NCBI GenBank assembly: GCA_024704765.1 | Contig: JAKMXF010000222.1 | Span: forward strand, 1,215,930 to 1,279,929 | Length of the DNA: 64,000 bases | Source: Oopsacas minuta | Lineage: Eukaryota; Animalia; Porifera | Direction: 5' to 3' | In this document: one piece after another, positions 1-11,497 of the stretch | How the letters are laid out: each line of letters starts with the position of its first letter | How positions within the stretch are numbered: position 1 is the stretch's first letter | Program-made: the position numbers and the translations under genes | The notes under the pieces: model-generated | The model's database searches: none | What the model saw: the letters and a program-made list of their open reading frames with translations, nothing else | Told to the model about the DNA's origin: nothing

Positions 1-61
1 CGCGATAAAACGTGTCGCCAGGCCCAGCCCCTCCGTTCGCCAAATCCTGGCGCCGCCCCTG
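1..61. mobile_element. Right end of a GC-rich hAT-type MITE
   Basis: Ends ...AAATCCTGGCGCCGCCCCTG (reverse complement CAGGGGCGGCGCCAGGATTT), the terminus style seen in the TSD-flanked MITE at 30638-30823. The left end is outside the window. Confidence 0.4.
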
Positions 62-121
62 TCCATAACAGAACAGTAACACAAAGAATTGGAAAGTGAA
101 AATTTGTAGAAAGATGCAAAA

Positions 122-455
122 TTAAGATGCCGTTTTCTGTAGATAGATATCTAGACAACTAGGATCAAGTAAATTCCACTCTCTGAGACGAGATCTCAAA
201 AGCTCCGCATTAGATTTTGTCAGACCTAATTCTCTAACCAAGTTTAATAGTTCTTGCTGATTAGGAAAGTGTGGTTTCCATGATAAGTCTTCGTCGAAGA
301 AGATATAATCTTCCTCGCTAGAAGATATGTACTCAGGATCAACAGTTCCTTCTAAGAAAGGAGAAATCGGAATTGGCAGATCTTCATTGTGCGACACTAG
401 GGCAATAGACGATGGAATGTTCGGGTAAACAATATTTTTTCTATCTTTTCCTTTA
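122..455 (-). pseudogene. Chapaev3-like transposase internal fragment
   Basis: Minus strand reads KGKDRKNIVYPNIPSSIALVSHNEDLPIP...PHFPNQQELLNLVRELGLTKSNAELLRSRLREWNLL. It is homologous to the YPDIHSARRPIPH segment of the element at 61195-63565 and is cut at 455 by a TA-flanked element. Confidence 0.7.
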
Positions 456-457
456 TA

Positions 458-1374
458 CAGTCAGGGGACAAAAGTATTCGACCACACAAATATATTGTCA
501 TAAATTGTATACTCTTTCCCGCTCCTATATATTGTGTAGTCTATATTCGTAGCTGCTATCTAGTAATTTGTATAGAATAACACATGTTTTTCAAGAATTT
601 CAAAAAAATATTTTAGATTGACACTTTTTGAAGGTGTTAATTATTAATAATTATTAGATAATTATTGATAATCAAAATATGTGGTAATTCAAAACCTATT
701 AAGAATCTATAATTTCTGACTTGATATTTGAATTCTACGTAGGCGAGTTACCCCAGATTGAAATTTCCAATCGGATTGAGCAATTTTTACCAGAGTTATA
801 GATGAATTTCAATTTTGTGCCATTTGTGTCACCTTTTGCCGAAGGTGGCACAAGTGGCCGCTACCAAGAGGTTATTTTGGAATTCAAGGGTTAGCATAGT
901 CATATCATTCGAAAATACTACTTCGACTTATTCCTCCTAACCCTAGTTGATTTCCTTGTAGTGGCGCTTTTTCCTGCCACCTGTGCCACTTTTTGAAAAA
1001 AGTGGCACAAGTGGGACAAATTGAAATTCTTTTATAACTTTGGTAAAAATTGTTCAATCCGATTGGAAATTTCAATCTGGGGTAACTCGCCTACGTAGAA
1101 TTCAAATATCAAGTCAGAAATTATAGATTCTTAATAGGTTTTGAATTACCACATATTTTGATTATCAATAATTATCTAATGTTTGTGAATAATTAACACC
1201 TTCAAAAAGTGTAAATCGAAAATATTTTTTGAAATTCTTGAAAAACATATGTTATTCTATACAAATTACTAGATTGCAGCTACGAATATAGACTATACAG
1301 TATATAGGAGCGGGAAAGAGTATACAATTTATTACAATATAATTGTGTGGTTGAATACTTTTGTCCCTTGACTG
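458..1374. mobile_element. Non-autonomous Tc1/mariner-like element with very long (~370 bp) terminal inverted repeats
   Basis: TA|CAGTCAGGGGACAAAAGTATTCGACCACAC ... GTGTGGTTGAATACTTTTGTCCCTTGACTG|TA. Arms of about 458-830 and 1000-1374 are near-perfect reverse complements; the core is non-coding. Confidence 0.85.
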
Positions 1375-1572
1375 TATATATAGATATATGTATGTATAAT
1401 TCCATTAAGATTTAAAATTCGTTCGCAGCTTCATTTCCACAACACTTTATGGCGGAACCTACTGATTTTGAGACATTGTCGCTAGTGACAAAAAGAAAGA
1501 TGGTATGGGAAGAGATAAATATCATTACAACATTAGAAGAGGCCCCGAGAGTTAATTGAAACTCTCAAATTT

Positions 1573-3966
1573 ATGGCAAGGAGGGTGATGAAAGCAGATT
1601 ATGAGCTGTACTATTGCAAATTCAGCAGGACTACATATCCTGATTACTCAATAAAGGCCAAAATCGAAAAATATGGTTCTGAGTACAAGGTTTACTTATT
1701 CGGTCACCACAAACATGATGAATGTAATCAAAAAGTAGAGTTGCTTAATAAAGGATTGTCTTAGGAAAAGAAGCAACTGTGTTTAGAAATACTAAAATCA
1801 AACCCCTGCACTCTACCTAGAAAGATATTTGATATTATGGTAAACCAAAGACCTGATCTGACGTTCGTACCTGACGATATTATCAAGATTCGCCATTTTA
1901 AACAAAATAACAAATCTAATATATTTGGTGTACATGTGGAAGACTCTCGTCAAGCGATGTGCAACGAAGTCTCTAAATACCAAGATCATTCACAAGTATT
2001 TGTTCGTCAAAAACCGGAAGAAATATACAATGACAAAGGGGAACTTTTCTTAACGATTCAACACATGAATATGCTGAAAAATATGTCAGTTCTCAATAAG
2101 TTCATCAACTCTGATACAACTCATAGAATGAGTAAATCAAGATTGAACACTTTAGCATGCGGGTATGTTGTGACAATACTTTCCTGTTGATGTAGCATTT
2201 ACGTGATCATGAAGTAATTTTAAACTATATTTTTCCTTTTAGCTCAGTTGACTGTCAATTAGTCTATCATCTGGGCTGTATTGTATTTGCTAGGCATGAA
2301 ACAGCAAAAGAATATCTAAATATGTTCCGGTCATTAAATGAAGATATGCATAAGATGTTTCAATTTAAACGAAAAGAGACTCTTACTCGCAGCATGAATG
2401 ATAATGATGATGCTATTTTCGCTGCTATAAGGGAAGAATTTACAAGTCCGCAATTGATCTTAGGAAATTGTTATTTCCATTTAGCTCACAGAAGTAAATG
2501 TTTAAAAGCTACCTGGGTTAAGAAGGATGGAATCACAAAGGCTAATCTAAAACCAATGCTTGAATACTTACACAGAATTCAGGTAGTGATTATCAATAAT
2601 TATATTTCTAGGTGATTCATTTGGACAGCCTCCAAACTTGTTAAAATACTAGTTACACAATAATAATACTGTCTCATTATCTTTATTTAGAAATTACCAA
2701 CCTACACTGGATCTACAATTGGATTGAAGTTATGGACAAATAAATATTCAAATACCTACCCGAATTCCATGAAGAGCTTCCTCTCAGAATATGGTCCCCC
2801 AAACAAAGATGGCTGGTTACGTAGTAAAGTTGGTCCCGGTATCCCAACTGATAATAATTCTCAAGAAAAATTTTTCCACACCTTCAAGAGAACACTCATG
2901 CAAACCACACATGGTGATATATTGTATCTGAAGGAAGCGATTAAATGTATTTCATCACAAAGCAAATTGGAGTCGAGAAGTCTTCCATCACACCACTGGA
3001 TCTAGATTGTGATCCTCCCAAGCATGTCCTCAGCCGTATTAGAGGATTTTTCCAAAGAGCATTTGAAAAGTTAGCTTCAAGTGAGTCTGATGGCATATTT
3101 CCAGCAGAAACATCTCCATTAGACGATTTACAAGGATTATCTTTAGAAGAATCATTGGCACAACTCCGCAGAAAGGTTAGTACATCAATAATGTGTACTC
3201 AATCCTTAATCTAACTACGAAGTTTATTCGTTGGTTCTCTTGACTATTTTAACATTCTATAGGATATACTTATGGAAAGGTTATATCATTCAAAAAGAAA
3301 GTATTGCTACTTGCTAGAGAAGGCAATGTACCACACTCACCAGCAGAATATGCATTATATGGATGTTCACCAAATCCAGACTAGCTGGACGGAAGTTACA
3401 GCGCAACAACAGGAAGCGGATGAAGTAACTTGGAGATTGGATAGTTTACAACAAAAAATCGATTCAAGGTCTTATCCATCTAGCTACCTAATAACTTGCC
3501 AAACCCTTTTACTCTTTCAAATTCAAAACATTATATTAATCGAGTCTTTTTTGCTTTATTCCTATAGTGCTCCTGTTTCCTCTCGAAAGCAATTTGTCAT
3601 CCCATGTAGAAGGTTACAACTTTTAAACTTTTCTTCGGAAGAATATATACAAGAAATTACCGACTTATTTTTGAAATATAAATCTGCGTCTCTACATGTG
3701 GATCAATATACGGATCTTGACTCCTTATTTTAGAAAGAGAAGGTTTCTATGTCATTACAGAATCCTTAGATGAATCTTGTAGATATAAAGTTCAGTATTC
3801 CTGCACTTGTCCCAGCTATATGCACTACAAAGCATGTTCTCATGTTATCGCATATGGATTATTGAATAAGAAAATGGACGCTCACCCAAATGTAACTACT
3901 TTCGTAAAATCAGTGAAGAAAAAGCCAGGTAGGCCCAAAAGAGGGAATTGTTATTCATTCGATTAG
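1573..3966 (+). pseudogene. Degenerate Mutator/MULE transposase with C-terminal SWIM finger
   Basis: Fragmented ORFs carry NSDTTHR, MNDNDDAI...GNCYFHL (CxxH), PTDNNSQEKFF (TNNxxE-like), SWIM CTCPSYMHYKACSH and a basic tail KKKPGRPKRG. Stops, frameshifts and probable introns are present. Confidence 0.75.
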
Positions 3967-4417
3967 GAGCGTTACCTTAGAGAGACACTATTAGCGAGGA
4001 TTTGTTAATGTAGAAGAATATCTAGTAATTAACCATATTTTCTATTTCAGAATTACTTGCTAGTAATTATTGACTGTTTAGAATCCAACCTAGAAGTTAC
4101 TAATGTAAATAATGTTTCTATACATTTTAACATTCTGGACTGAGTATATGAATCCACACTCTACAAAGGGAAATGTTGAAATGATACCAATATATAGAGC
4201 GTATAAGTTTAAACATTTGCCAAATTAATTGCTTTGTTTGCCAAAATAATTGAATCTTTAGTTCAGTTACCAAAATAATTGAATTCATTGGCCAAGTTAG
4301 TGGTACATCCGTATTGATATCGTAAACCTAAACATAGAAGTTCTGTGTTAGCAAAGTGAGGTAAGATGATTTATAGTAAAGGTAACGAATTTATATCGGG
4401 AATTCATACGTAGTAAT

Positions 4418-4537
4418 CAAGGTTGCAACCGAATAGATCAATATTCGGTTCAACTGAATAATATTTGGCGAATAGTTCAATATTCGGTTACTAACCGAAT
4501 ATTATCAGTAGATTCGGTTCGATCAGTTTCAACCTTG
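4418..4537. mobile_element. hAT-type MITE (120 bp)
   Basis: TIR CAAGGTTG(C/A)AAC, flanks GTAGTAAT / GTAGTAAC (7 of 8 TSD match), internal ATTCGGTT/AACCGAAT repeats. Confidence 0.6.
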
Positions 4538-4710
4538 GTAGTAACTCCATTGATGGAGGAGATGCGAAATTCATTTGTTTGTTTGCCAGTAAACATGAAA
4601 AGTCACCTGTGTAGTTCTATTTAAATGTTGCAACTGTATTATTTTGCATTATCAGCTAAAATATTTTTGCCATATTTTATATTCTCTTTATTAACAACTC
4701 TTCATTTATC

Positions 4711-4925
4711 AATGGATCGTGATCAGCCCTCCTTCCGGCTGATCAGAACAAGTAAGGGAGGACAAAAGCTGCTAGAAGGAGGATACCTATATTTGATGCA
4801 CAGGAGAGTTGGAGAAATGTCAGATTGGCAGTGTGAGCAGGGAGGAGAGTCTAAAGCAAGGGTTCATACGAAGAGAATGGAGATAGTGAAGCGTACGAAT
4901 GAGCATCTGCATGCACCTGATGTTC
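4711..4925 (+). pseudogene. FLYWCH zinc-finger remnant (MULE-associated)
   Basis: FRLIRTSKGGQKLLEGGYLYLMHRRVGEMSDWQCEQGGESKARVHTK...NEHLHAPD matches the F/Y-x-Y...W-x-C...H-x-H pattern, with the second Cys lost. Confidence 0.6.
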
Positions 4926-6357
4926 ATTCGTACGCTTCACTATCTCCATTCCCTTCGTATGAACCTATGCTTTCTCTTTCCCTCTCTCTCCATGCCAATG
5001 TGTCAAATATCCTCTCTCCTACCTCTCTCCTGATTTCCTCCTCATTCCTGACGGTGCCGCTACCAATTGAAGTGGACAGTGGTCGAGATGTGGTAGCTGC
5101 ACCCATGTAGAACATATTTTAGTTTTCTAGTTTCTATTTTTGTTTAGTCTTCTGTTTGTTATTAGATAAATGTTTAATTAAGTAATTATATTTCTTGCAA
5201 GTTACTTATTAATAAGCCAGGCTTAGAGCAGAAACTGAAATTATGAGACAGGAGATGAACCGGAAAGATGAAGTACATGTATTTCAGGCTCGGGCTGAGC
5301 TAGCGACCTCTAGTCTGTCCATCCATCCTAACGACACTGAGTAATTGAGCAATCCAATTTAACATGAAATGATATTTGACAAGTAAAATTAATGAAATCG
5401 ATAATAAGATTAATGTTAGAGAATGTAGGTTGAGTTCTCTACTATACAAGTACTGTAATAAATTGAATATAGGTATAGTATAAATTTTCAAATACTTCAA
5501 TTCGTAGATTAGTCATCACTCATCTCTCATTATTCTGACCCTGTTGTTCTTAATTGACTTTGTTCTGACTGAATCTCTACAGCACATTTACAGGTCTATT
5601 CTTTAATTCTATTATTTTCACCCTTCGATAACTATTTAATACTTCACTTGGCCACAATTATACCAAAACTGCTCTACAAATCATACGTGTTATTTGGAAG
5701 GAAACTAGATCGATGTGCTCTCGCTGAGTTCTACCGTTCACATATTACTTTTCATTGAATCTTCTATAACCAATCTTACCTGTCCCCCTCAATGGGCTAT
5801 ACTTGCCTTTGATGGTACCCATAATCGTGAACTAGTCAATAATATAAGTCAAAGTGAAATTCAAGGAAATCAAAATCAAGCATATGCTGTTGATTGTGTC
5901 GAAGTTGCTATCTTTTGCCTTTCTAAATCAGTAAAAAAGGTGTGAAATATGTAAAACACTTGACAATTGAGTCTTAATAGCGTTATTCAATTGTCTAGAT
6001 GATGCATGCTCTGAGTACCTTTTACATTTTATTACGTAGTTGAGGGGTGCCCAACATCGGCCCGGCGTAATAATTTCATCCAGCCCGCGCAAGCATGCAC
6101 TGAGACTTTTGTACTTTGTAATATATACTATTTCTTAATGAACAATTCCTAAGCCACATTTCGATAGCATTCATACTGGGTGTCGAATTTCAAAGTATTT
6201 GACATTTTGAGGATTCTTATCCATTTTCAATACATGACAGGTGCATGTGTTTAGTAATAGTAATCCTTAGCGGTGTATAAATATAAACTAGTCAGACTCT
6301 GGTCATTTTGAAGTGTAATTAATGTCACGTATTTCTATTTAGTGTTGCTAGCATTCG

Positions 6358-7050
6358 ATGGCCTCAAGTAGTAGCATAAACAACTTCATCAAGGAATTCG
6401 GAGAAACTGACTTGTACACGTTTTTAGGAGTCTCTATAGATAGCAATGTGAAGGAGATAACATCAGCTTATCGTAAAACAGCTCTCAAATACCATCCCGA
6501 CAAGAATCCAGATGAAGCTAGTGCTGCTATGTTCCGTAAGCTCACCAGTGTGTACTCCTTGCTAACAGATAACAGTGCACGTTCGGCATATGACAATCTA
6601 GTGAGGACGAGACTCGCTTCAGAAAAGAGAAGACTGGAATTTAGTGTCAAGCGACGTAAACTTATGCAAGATTTAGAACGGAGGGAGAAACAGGGAGAAG
6701 ATCTGGCCACCAAAAAAATGAACCATGAAATAGCTCGACTAAGGAAAGAGGGAGAGGCAAGGCTTCTAGCCGAGACTGAAATATTGAGACAGGAGAGTAA
6801 ACCTGAAGATGAAACTACTTGTATTTTAAGGGTCAAGTGGGAATTATCTAAGGATGTTCACTGTTCATATACGAAAAAAACTCTCACTCAGATGTTCGCT
6901 AAATATGCAGAAAGTACCACAGTTGTGGTTTCTGCTGGGAAAGGCAGAGCTCTTGTAGAACTGAAATCTGGACCATGGACTTTTCAAGCTATCAATGAGG
7001 TTGGAATAAATGAGAATCCATTGACAGTTGAATGGCTTAGAAAAGGTTAA
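6358..7050 (+). CDS. DNAJC17: DnaJ homolog subfamily C member 17 (J domain + coiled coil + RRM-like), intronless, C-terminus apparently truncated
   Basis: J domain with HPDKN, LMQDLERRE coiled coil, LRVKW...NPLTVEWL RRM-like region. It lacks the C-terminal helix known from vertebrate DNAJC17. Confidence 0.85.
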   Translation: MASSSSINNFIKEFGETDLYTFLGVSIDSNVKEITSAYRKTALKYHPDKNPDEASAAMFRKLTSVYSLLTDNSARSAYDNLVRTRLASEKRRLEFSVKRRKLMQDLERREKQGEDLATKKMNHEIARLRKEGEARLLAETEILRQESKPEDETTCILRVKWELSKDVHCSYTKKTLTQMFAKYAESTTVVVSAGKGRALVELKSGPWTFQAINEVGINENPLTVEWLRKG

Positions 7051-7154
7051 GCCATTCATTGATAGCTTGAAAAGTCCATGGTCCAGATTTCATTTCGAGT
7101 AGTTGTCACATGTTATAATGAGTTTTAGCATTATAACATGCGACAACTACTCGA
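6962..7154. repeat. Nested inverted repeats / hairpins at the DNAJC17 3' end
   Basis: 6962-6998 is the exact reverse complement of 7056-7092 (37 bp). 7029-7039 pairs with 7048-7058 (11 bp). 7095-7120 pairs with 7129-7154 (26 bp, 1 mismatch, 8-nt loop). Confidence 0.9.
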
Positions 7155-7520
7155 GTTCCTATTTTTTGTATATGTGTGTAATTATGGCTGAATTAATGCT
7201 CTTCTTATTTAATTTGTTCATATCAAGTTCATTCGTCCGGTCAGAGAGTTTTATATTTCATAGGAGTACGCTCCTAATGTTCATACCGTCATAACGTTAC
7301 GGTATGGAGAAAGAAGCTCATTTTTTCACTCTCCTAGATAGACTTATTTTGGTCGCAAATCATATGTCTAAAGGAGCACCCGATGCTCCTAAATTATTCC
7401 TTGGGTTCAGCATAGCCATGATTCAGCTTACGTTATCTATGGTAGAACCTCTATAAGCCGGAGTTACAAACATCAAGGGTACCTTAAGACAACTATTACT
7501 GATCTATTTACTTATTTAGT

Positions 7521-8756
7521 ATGCAAGCTGTTAGGAGATGGTTATTTATACTCCCTGTCCATCACAGATCGTTCTCCACCTCTCGTAACAATGTATTCAT
7601 ATTGAGTGCTGTACGTACTCCTATAGGGACTTTCCGTAGTAGTCTCTCTCCTATGTCTGCTTCAGAGCTAGGAGCTATTGCTATCTCATCAGCTGTTGAG
7701 AAGGCTGGTATCCATAAGGATCGTGTGCAGGAAGTGTATATGGGTAATGTATTGAGTGCTGGGATGGGACAGGCTCCCGCTAGACAAGCAGTACTGTTTG
7801 CAGGTATGTCTCATAGCACGGAATGTACTACTGTTAATAAAGTATGTGCTTCTGGTCTGAAATCTGTTATGCTAGCTAGTCAGAGTCTAGCTCTAGGAGA
7901 TAGAGACTGTATGGTAGCAGGAGGGATGGAGAGTATGTCTAATGTACCATACTATCTATCCAAGGGACGTGGAGGGTTCGGATACGGACACCAATCGGTA
8001 GAGGATGGGATCATTAAGGATGGTTTATGGGATGTGTATGATCAGTTCCATATGGGGAATTGTGCTGAGAATACAGCTAAGAAACTATCTATTCCCCGGG
8101 AGCATCAGGACGAGTATGCTGTACGTTCCTACAAACTGAGTGCTAATTCAGTACAGAGAGGACTGTTTAAGAAGGAAATATGTCCTGTTAGTGTTAAGCA
8201 GCGCAAGAGTGTTATTGAAGTAGTAGAGGATGAAGAGTTTAGGAAAGTTAACTTTGATAAAGTATCAAGCTTAAAGCCTGTGTTCCAGAGGGAGGGAGGT
8301 ACTGTTACAGCTGCTAATGCCAGTACTCTCAATGATGGAGCAGCTGCTATAGTGCTTATGACAGAGACATCTATACAGAAAGAGGATAAGACTCCTCTAG
8401 CTAGAATTGTAGCATATGCTGATGGAGCTGTAGCTCCTATTGATTTCCCTATTGCTCCAGCTGTAGCAATGAAGAGAGCATTTGCACTATCTGGTTTAAC
8501 CAAAGATGATATTTCTATGTTTGAAATAAACGAAGCATTCAGTGTAGTTGTGCTTGCTAACATAAAGCTAATGGATTTAGATCAGGAGAAGGTTAACGTT
8601 AATGGAGGTGCTGTTTCTCTAGGACACCCTATTGGCATGTCTGGTACCAGGATACTAGGACATCTGGCGCATAACCTGAGACCAGGGGAGTATGGAATGG
8701 CTAGTATATGTAATGGAGGCGGTGGTTCATCTGCTGTTATTATTCAAAAGATATGA
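7521..8756 (+). CDS. ACAT1: Mitochondrial acetyl-CoA acetyltransferase (thiolase), intronless
   Basis: N-terminal targeting-like peptide, [11 protein letters not shown] catalytic Cys, [12 protein letters not shown] and ICNGGGG thiolase motifs. Confidence 0.95.
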   Translation: MQAVRRWLFILPVHHRSFSTSRNNVFILSAVRTPIGTFRSSLSPMSASELGAIAISSAVEKAGIHKDRVQEVYMGNVLSAGMGQAPARQAVLFAGMSHSTECTTVNKVCASGLKSVMLASQSLALGDRDCMVAGGMESMSNVPYYLSKGRGGFGYGHQSVEDGIIKDGLWDVYDQFHMGNCAENTAKKLSIPREHQDEYAVRSYKLSANSVQRGLFKKEICPVSVKQRKSVIEVVEDEEFRKVNFDKVSSLKPVFQREGGTVTAANASTLNDGAAAIVLMTETSIQKEDKTPLARIVAYADGAVAPIDFPIAPAVAMKRAFALSGLTKDDISMFEINEAFSVVVLANIKLMDLDQEKVNVNGGAVSLGHPIGMSGTRILGHLAHNLRPGEYGMASICNGGGGSSAVIIQKI

Positions 8757-9057
8757 ATTCGTAATTTAGAGTATTTGTTAATTATTCGAATAAAATAATA
8801 TAATCTATGCTAATTCTTAACTTTAGATATCGAATATTTTGTGTTGCAATTATCCTACCTTCTAATTGTTCTCTTTTTATTAGTTTATTGTAATAGAATA
8901 GAGAATCTCACTCAGTCTTATAGATTAACACTAATTTCTTAATTTTGTGGCTATTATGCCTTAATCAGGTATAAACTCAATTTGGCATAATTTCCGATTA
9001 TAAATATATCAAACTGGTTTTTAGAATAGTTATATAGATTGAGTATTCAATTGAAAT

Positions 9058-11251
9058 ATGGAAAGTTTGGAGACGGAAGTAGATGCTCTGAGATTCAACT
9101 CACAAGGCTATGTGACTAATGGGAGAGCTAAACCCGTTAACTTTAAGGACGGGGTTAATATACAGGATTTAAAACAAGGAGTTGACTTTGAGATCTCAGA
9201 TAACCCAGAAGATGACTACGATTCAGATAACCCACATGCTAGCGATGAATTGGAGAAAGGAGAATCATACTTTGATGACGAGGAGTTGTTTAGAAATCTG
9301 AACTTTGACTGTACTATAGAACCAGGTAGTAACTGGTAGTTATGATAATATAATTGGTTACGTAGTATTATTGAATCTTGGTTATTTATAAATTATCTAG
9401 ATGAAAATGATAATACCCCTCTGCCACCATTCGCAAAACTAGCACAAGAAATGGAGAGTATTACACCTGATAAGAAAGTAATGAAAAAGGTGTTAAGAGT
9501 AGGTGTAGGTGAGCTGGTACCAGATGGAGCTCTCTGTAAGGTACACTATAACGGATATATAGAGTATCAAGATGTACCATTTGACAGCAGTAGACTACGA
9601 AGAAGACCTCACACATTCAGATTGGGAAGAGGAGAGGTTATCGTTGGTTGGGACATAGGGATAAAAACTATGCGAAAAGATGAAATCGCGAAATTTCTTA
9701 TCTCTTATGAGTACGCGTTTAGAAAAATGGGATGCCCACCTAGAGTACCACCTGAGGCTACCCTCCTGTTTGAGGTAATTGTAGGTTTTATGTATCTTTA
9801 TAACTAATTAGAAATTGGAAGTGATGCAATTTTAAATATCGTTATTATCTTAGAAATTAAGATACTATTTCGGATTTTTATTCCTAACACCATATATAGC
9901 AACAATTACAATCTCTAATATTTATTATGCTAAGCTATAAGGGATTTGTATAATTACGAACAGTCAGTGTATATTTCTATTTAACTGATTCCGCTTAAAA
10001 AGCGGAAACTCGAAAGGGATACTCCTTTCCCTAGGGTATCGATAAGCTAGCCCTTTCGCTTATTCACTTTCTAAAAGTTTGTTCGATACCTTTGAGTGGG
10101 AGGAACCCTAAATCCGTATTCCATTTAAATCTCATCATCATCACTATTTGTGATAAAATTTAGCATTATGAGATCTCTTAAAAATTATAATAGTTATACA
10201 TATATGGTATGATATTATTGTTGTTTATGTATAATACCCCAAGAATATACTTCCATATAGTTTAAACTAGCCTGGATATTAACAAAATGAATACACATAA
10301 TATTAAATAAACACAAAACAAAGCTTGTGTGTGTTGGAATGGATTGTTGAGCTAGGATATACTATACTCTAACGATCCATTCCAACACACAGCCACATTC
10401 AATCGCATCTTCTCTCCCTTCAGATAGAGCTAATCAGCTGGGTAGATAACGCAGCAGCTGACGAGTACAGTAAACTTAGTTCAGAAGAGAAGAGAGGCAA
10501 AACATTCCAAGAGATGCTACAAGTTGTACACGGAGAGAGAGAAATGGGAAATGAACACTTCATGTCTCAACACTACGTTAAGGCTGCACGTTGCTATAAC
10601 ACAGCTGTTAGACTACTGGAAGGAGTAATGCTTAAAGATGAAGAAGAAGAGAAGGTTTGGAAGGAAGACTTAACTCGTCTCAAACTGAACCAAGCGCTCG
10701 TGTCACTCAGACTGACAAACAGTCGTGCTGCGTTGCGTTACTGCAGAGAAGTGCTAGATCATGACCAGAGGAATGTTAAGGCCTTCTACAGGTCAGGACA
10801 GGCGTATAAACAGCTGGGAGAGTTCGACAGAGCAAAAGAGAATTATCTAATCGCGTTGAAGGCTGCTCCCAAGAATATTGAGATTCGCAGAGAGATAGAA
10901 GACTTGGATCGTGTGGTCACAGAGCACAAAACACGCGAAAAGAATATTTATCGCAAAATGTTTCATAATGAAAGATCTAAAGCTCCACTCCAAAATAAAC
11001 TATCTCTCCGCGACCTCAAGGTACCTGATGAATTCATAACAGAATTGAGAATAACTCTCAGAGAATTAGTAGAAGATGACTCCCGTTACGAAATTAATCT
11101 CCCTTCTACCTTTACAGAGGAAGAGTGTCTCGCTGCTAAACTAGTTGCTGAAGAGATGAATCTTCAAGTGACACTACCTGATTTCAGTAAACGCTATTCT
11201 GTGCGCATCAACAAGCAAGAAAAACCCCTAACAGAGCTGGAATATTATTAA
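9058..11251 (+). CDS. FKBP6: FKBP6/Shutdown-like inactive PPIase + TPR co-chaperone; join(9058..9325,9401..9774,10424..11251)
   Basis: FKBP domain VHYNGYIEYQDVPFDSS...MGCPPRVPPEATLLFEIEL with acidic N-terminus, and TPRs (GNEHF, KAFYRSGQA). GT-AG junctions are phase-compatible. Confidence 0.88.
10328..10391. repeat. 21-bp inverted repeat in FKBP6 intron 2
   Basis: TGTGTGTTGGAATGGATTGTT pairs with AACGATCCATTCCAACACACA (1 mismatch, 22-nt spacer) and ends about 30 nt before the acceptor at 10423. Confidence 0.8.
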
Positions 11252-11497
11252 TATTTTAGATTATGTAAATTATGTTGTTAGTTTGTATTTAAATATATGA
11301 GCATTTGATTACATCTGTTTGTATCGTAATGACATGATCTGTAGCCATTTCTTGCTAATATGAATCTATTTCTCCCTCACGTAGGCCCTGTACTGGCATG
11401 ATATTGTGGTCTTGTAACATACTGATAGATAGTATTTTCTAATCTTTTATTATAGTGTATACTCTCTAATGAAATAATTGTCTGCAATCCGATCACT

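Noticed and set aside
7150-7490. Minus-strand frame that stays mostly open if TGA is read as Trp (possible NUMT)
   Set aside because: It contains a TAA and resembles no mitochondrial protein I recognise.
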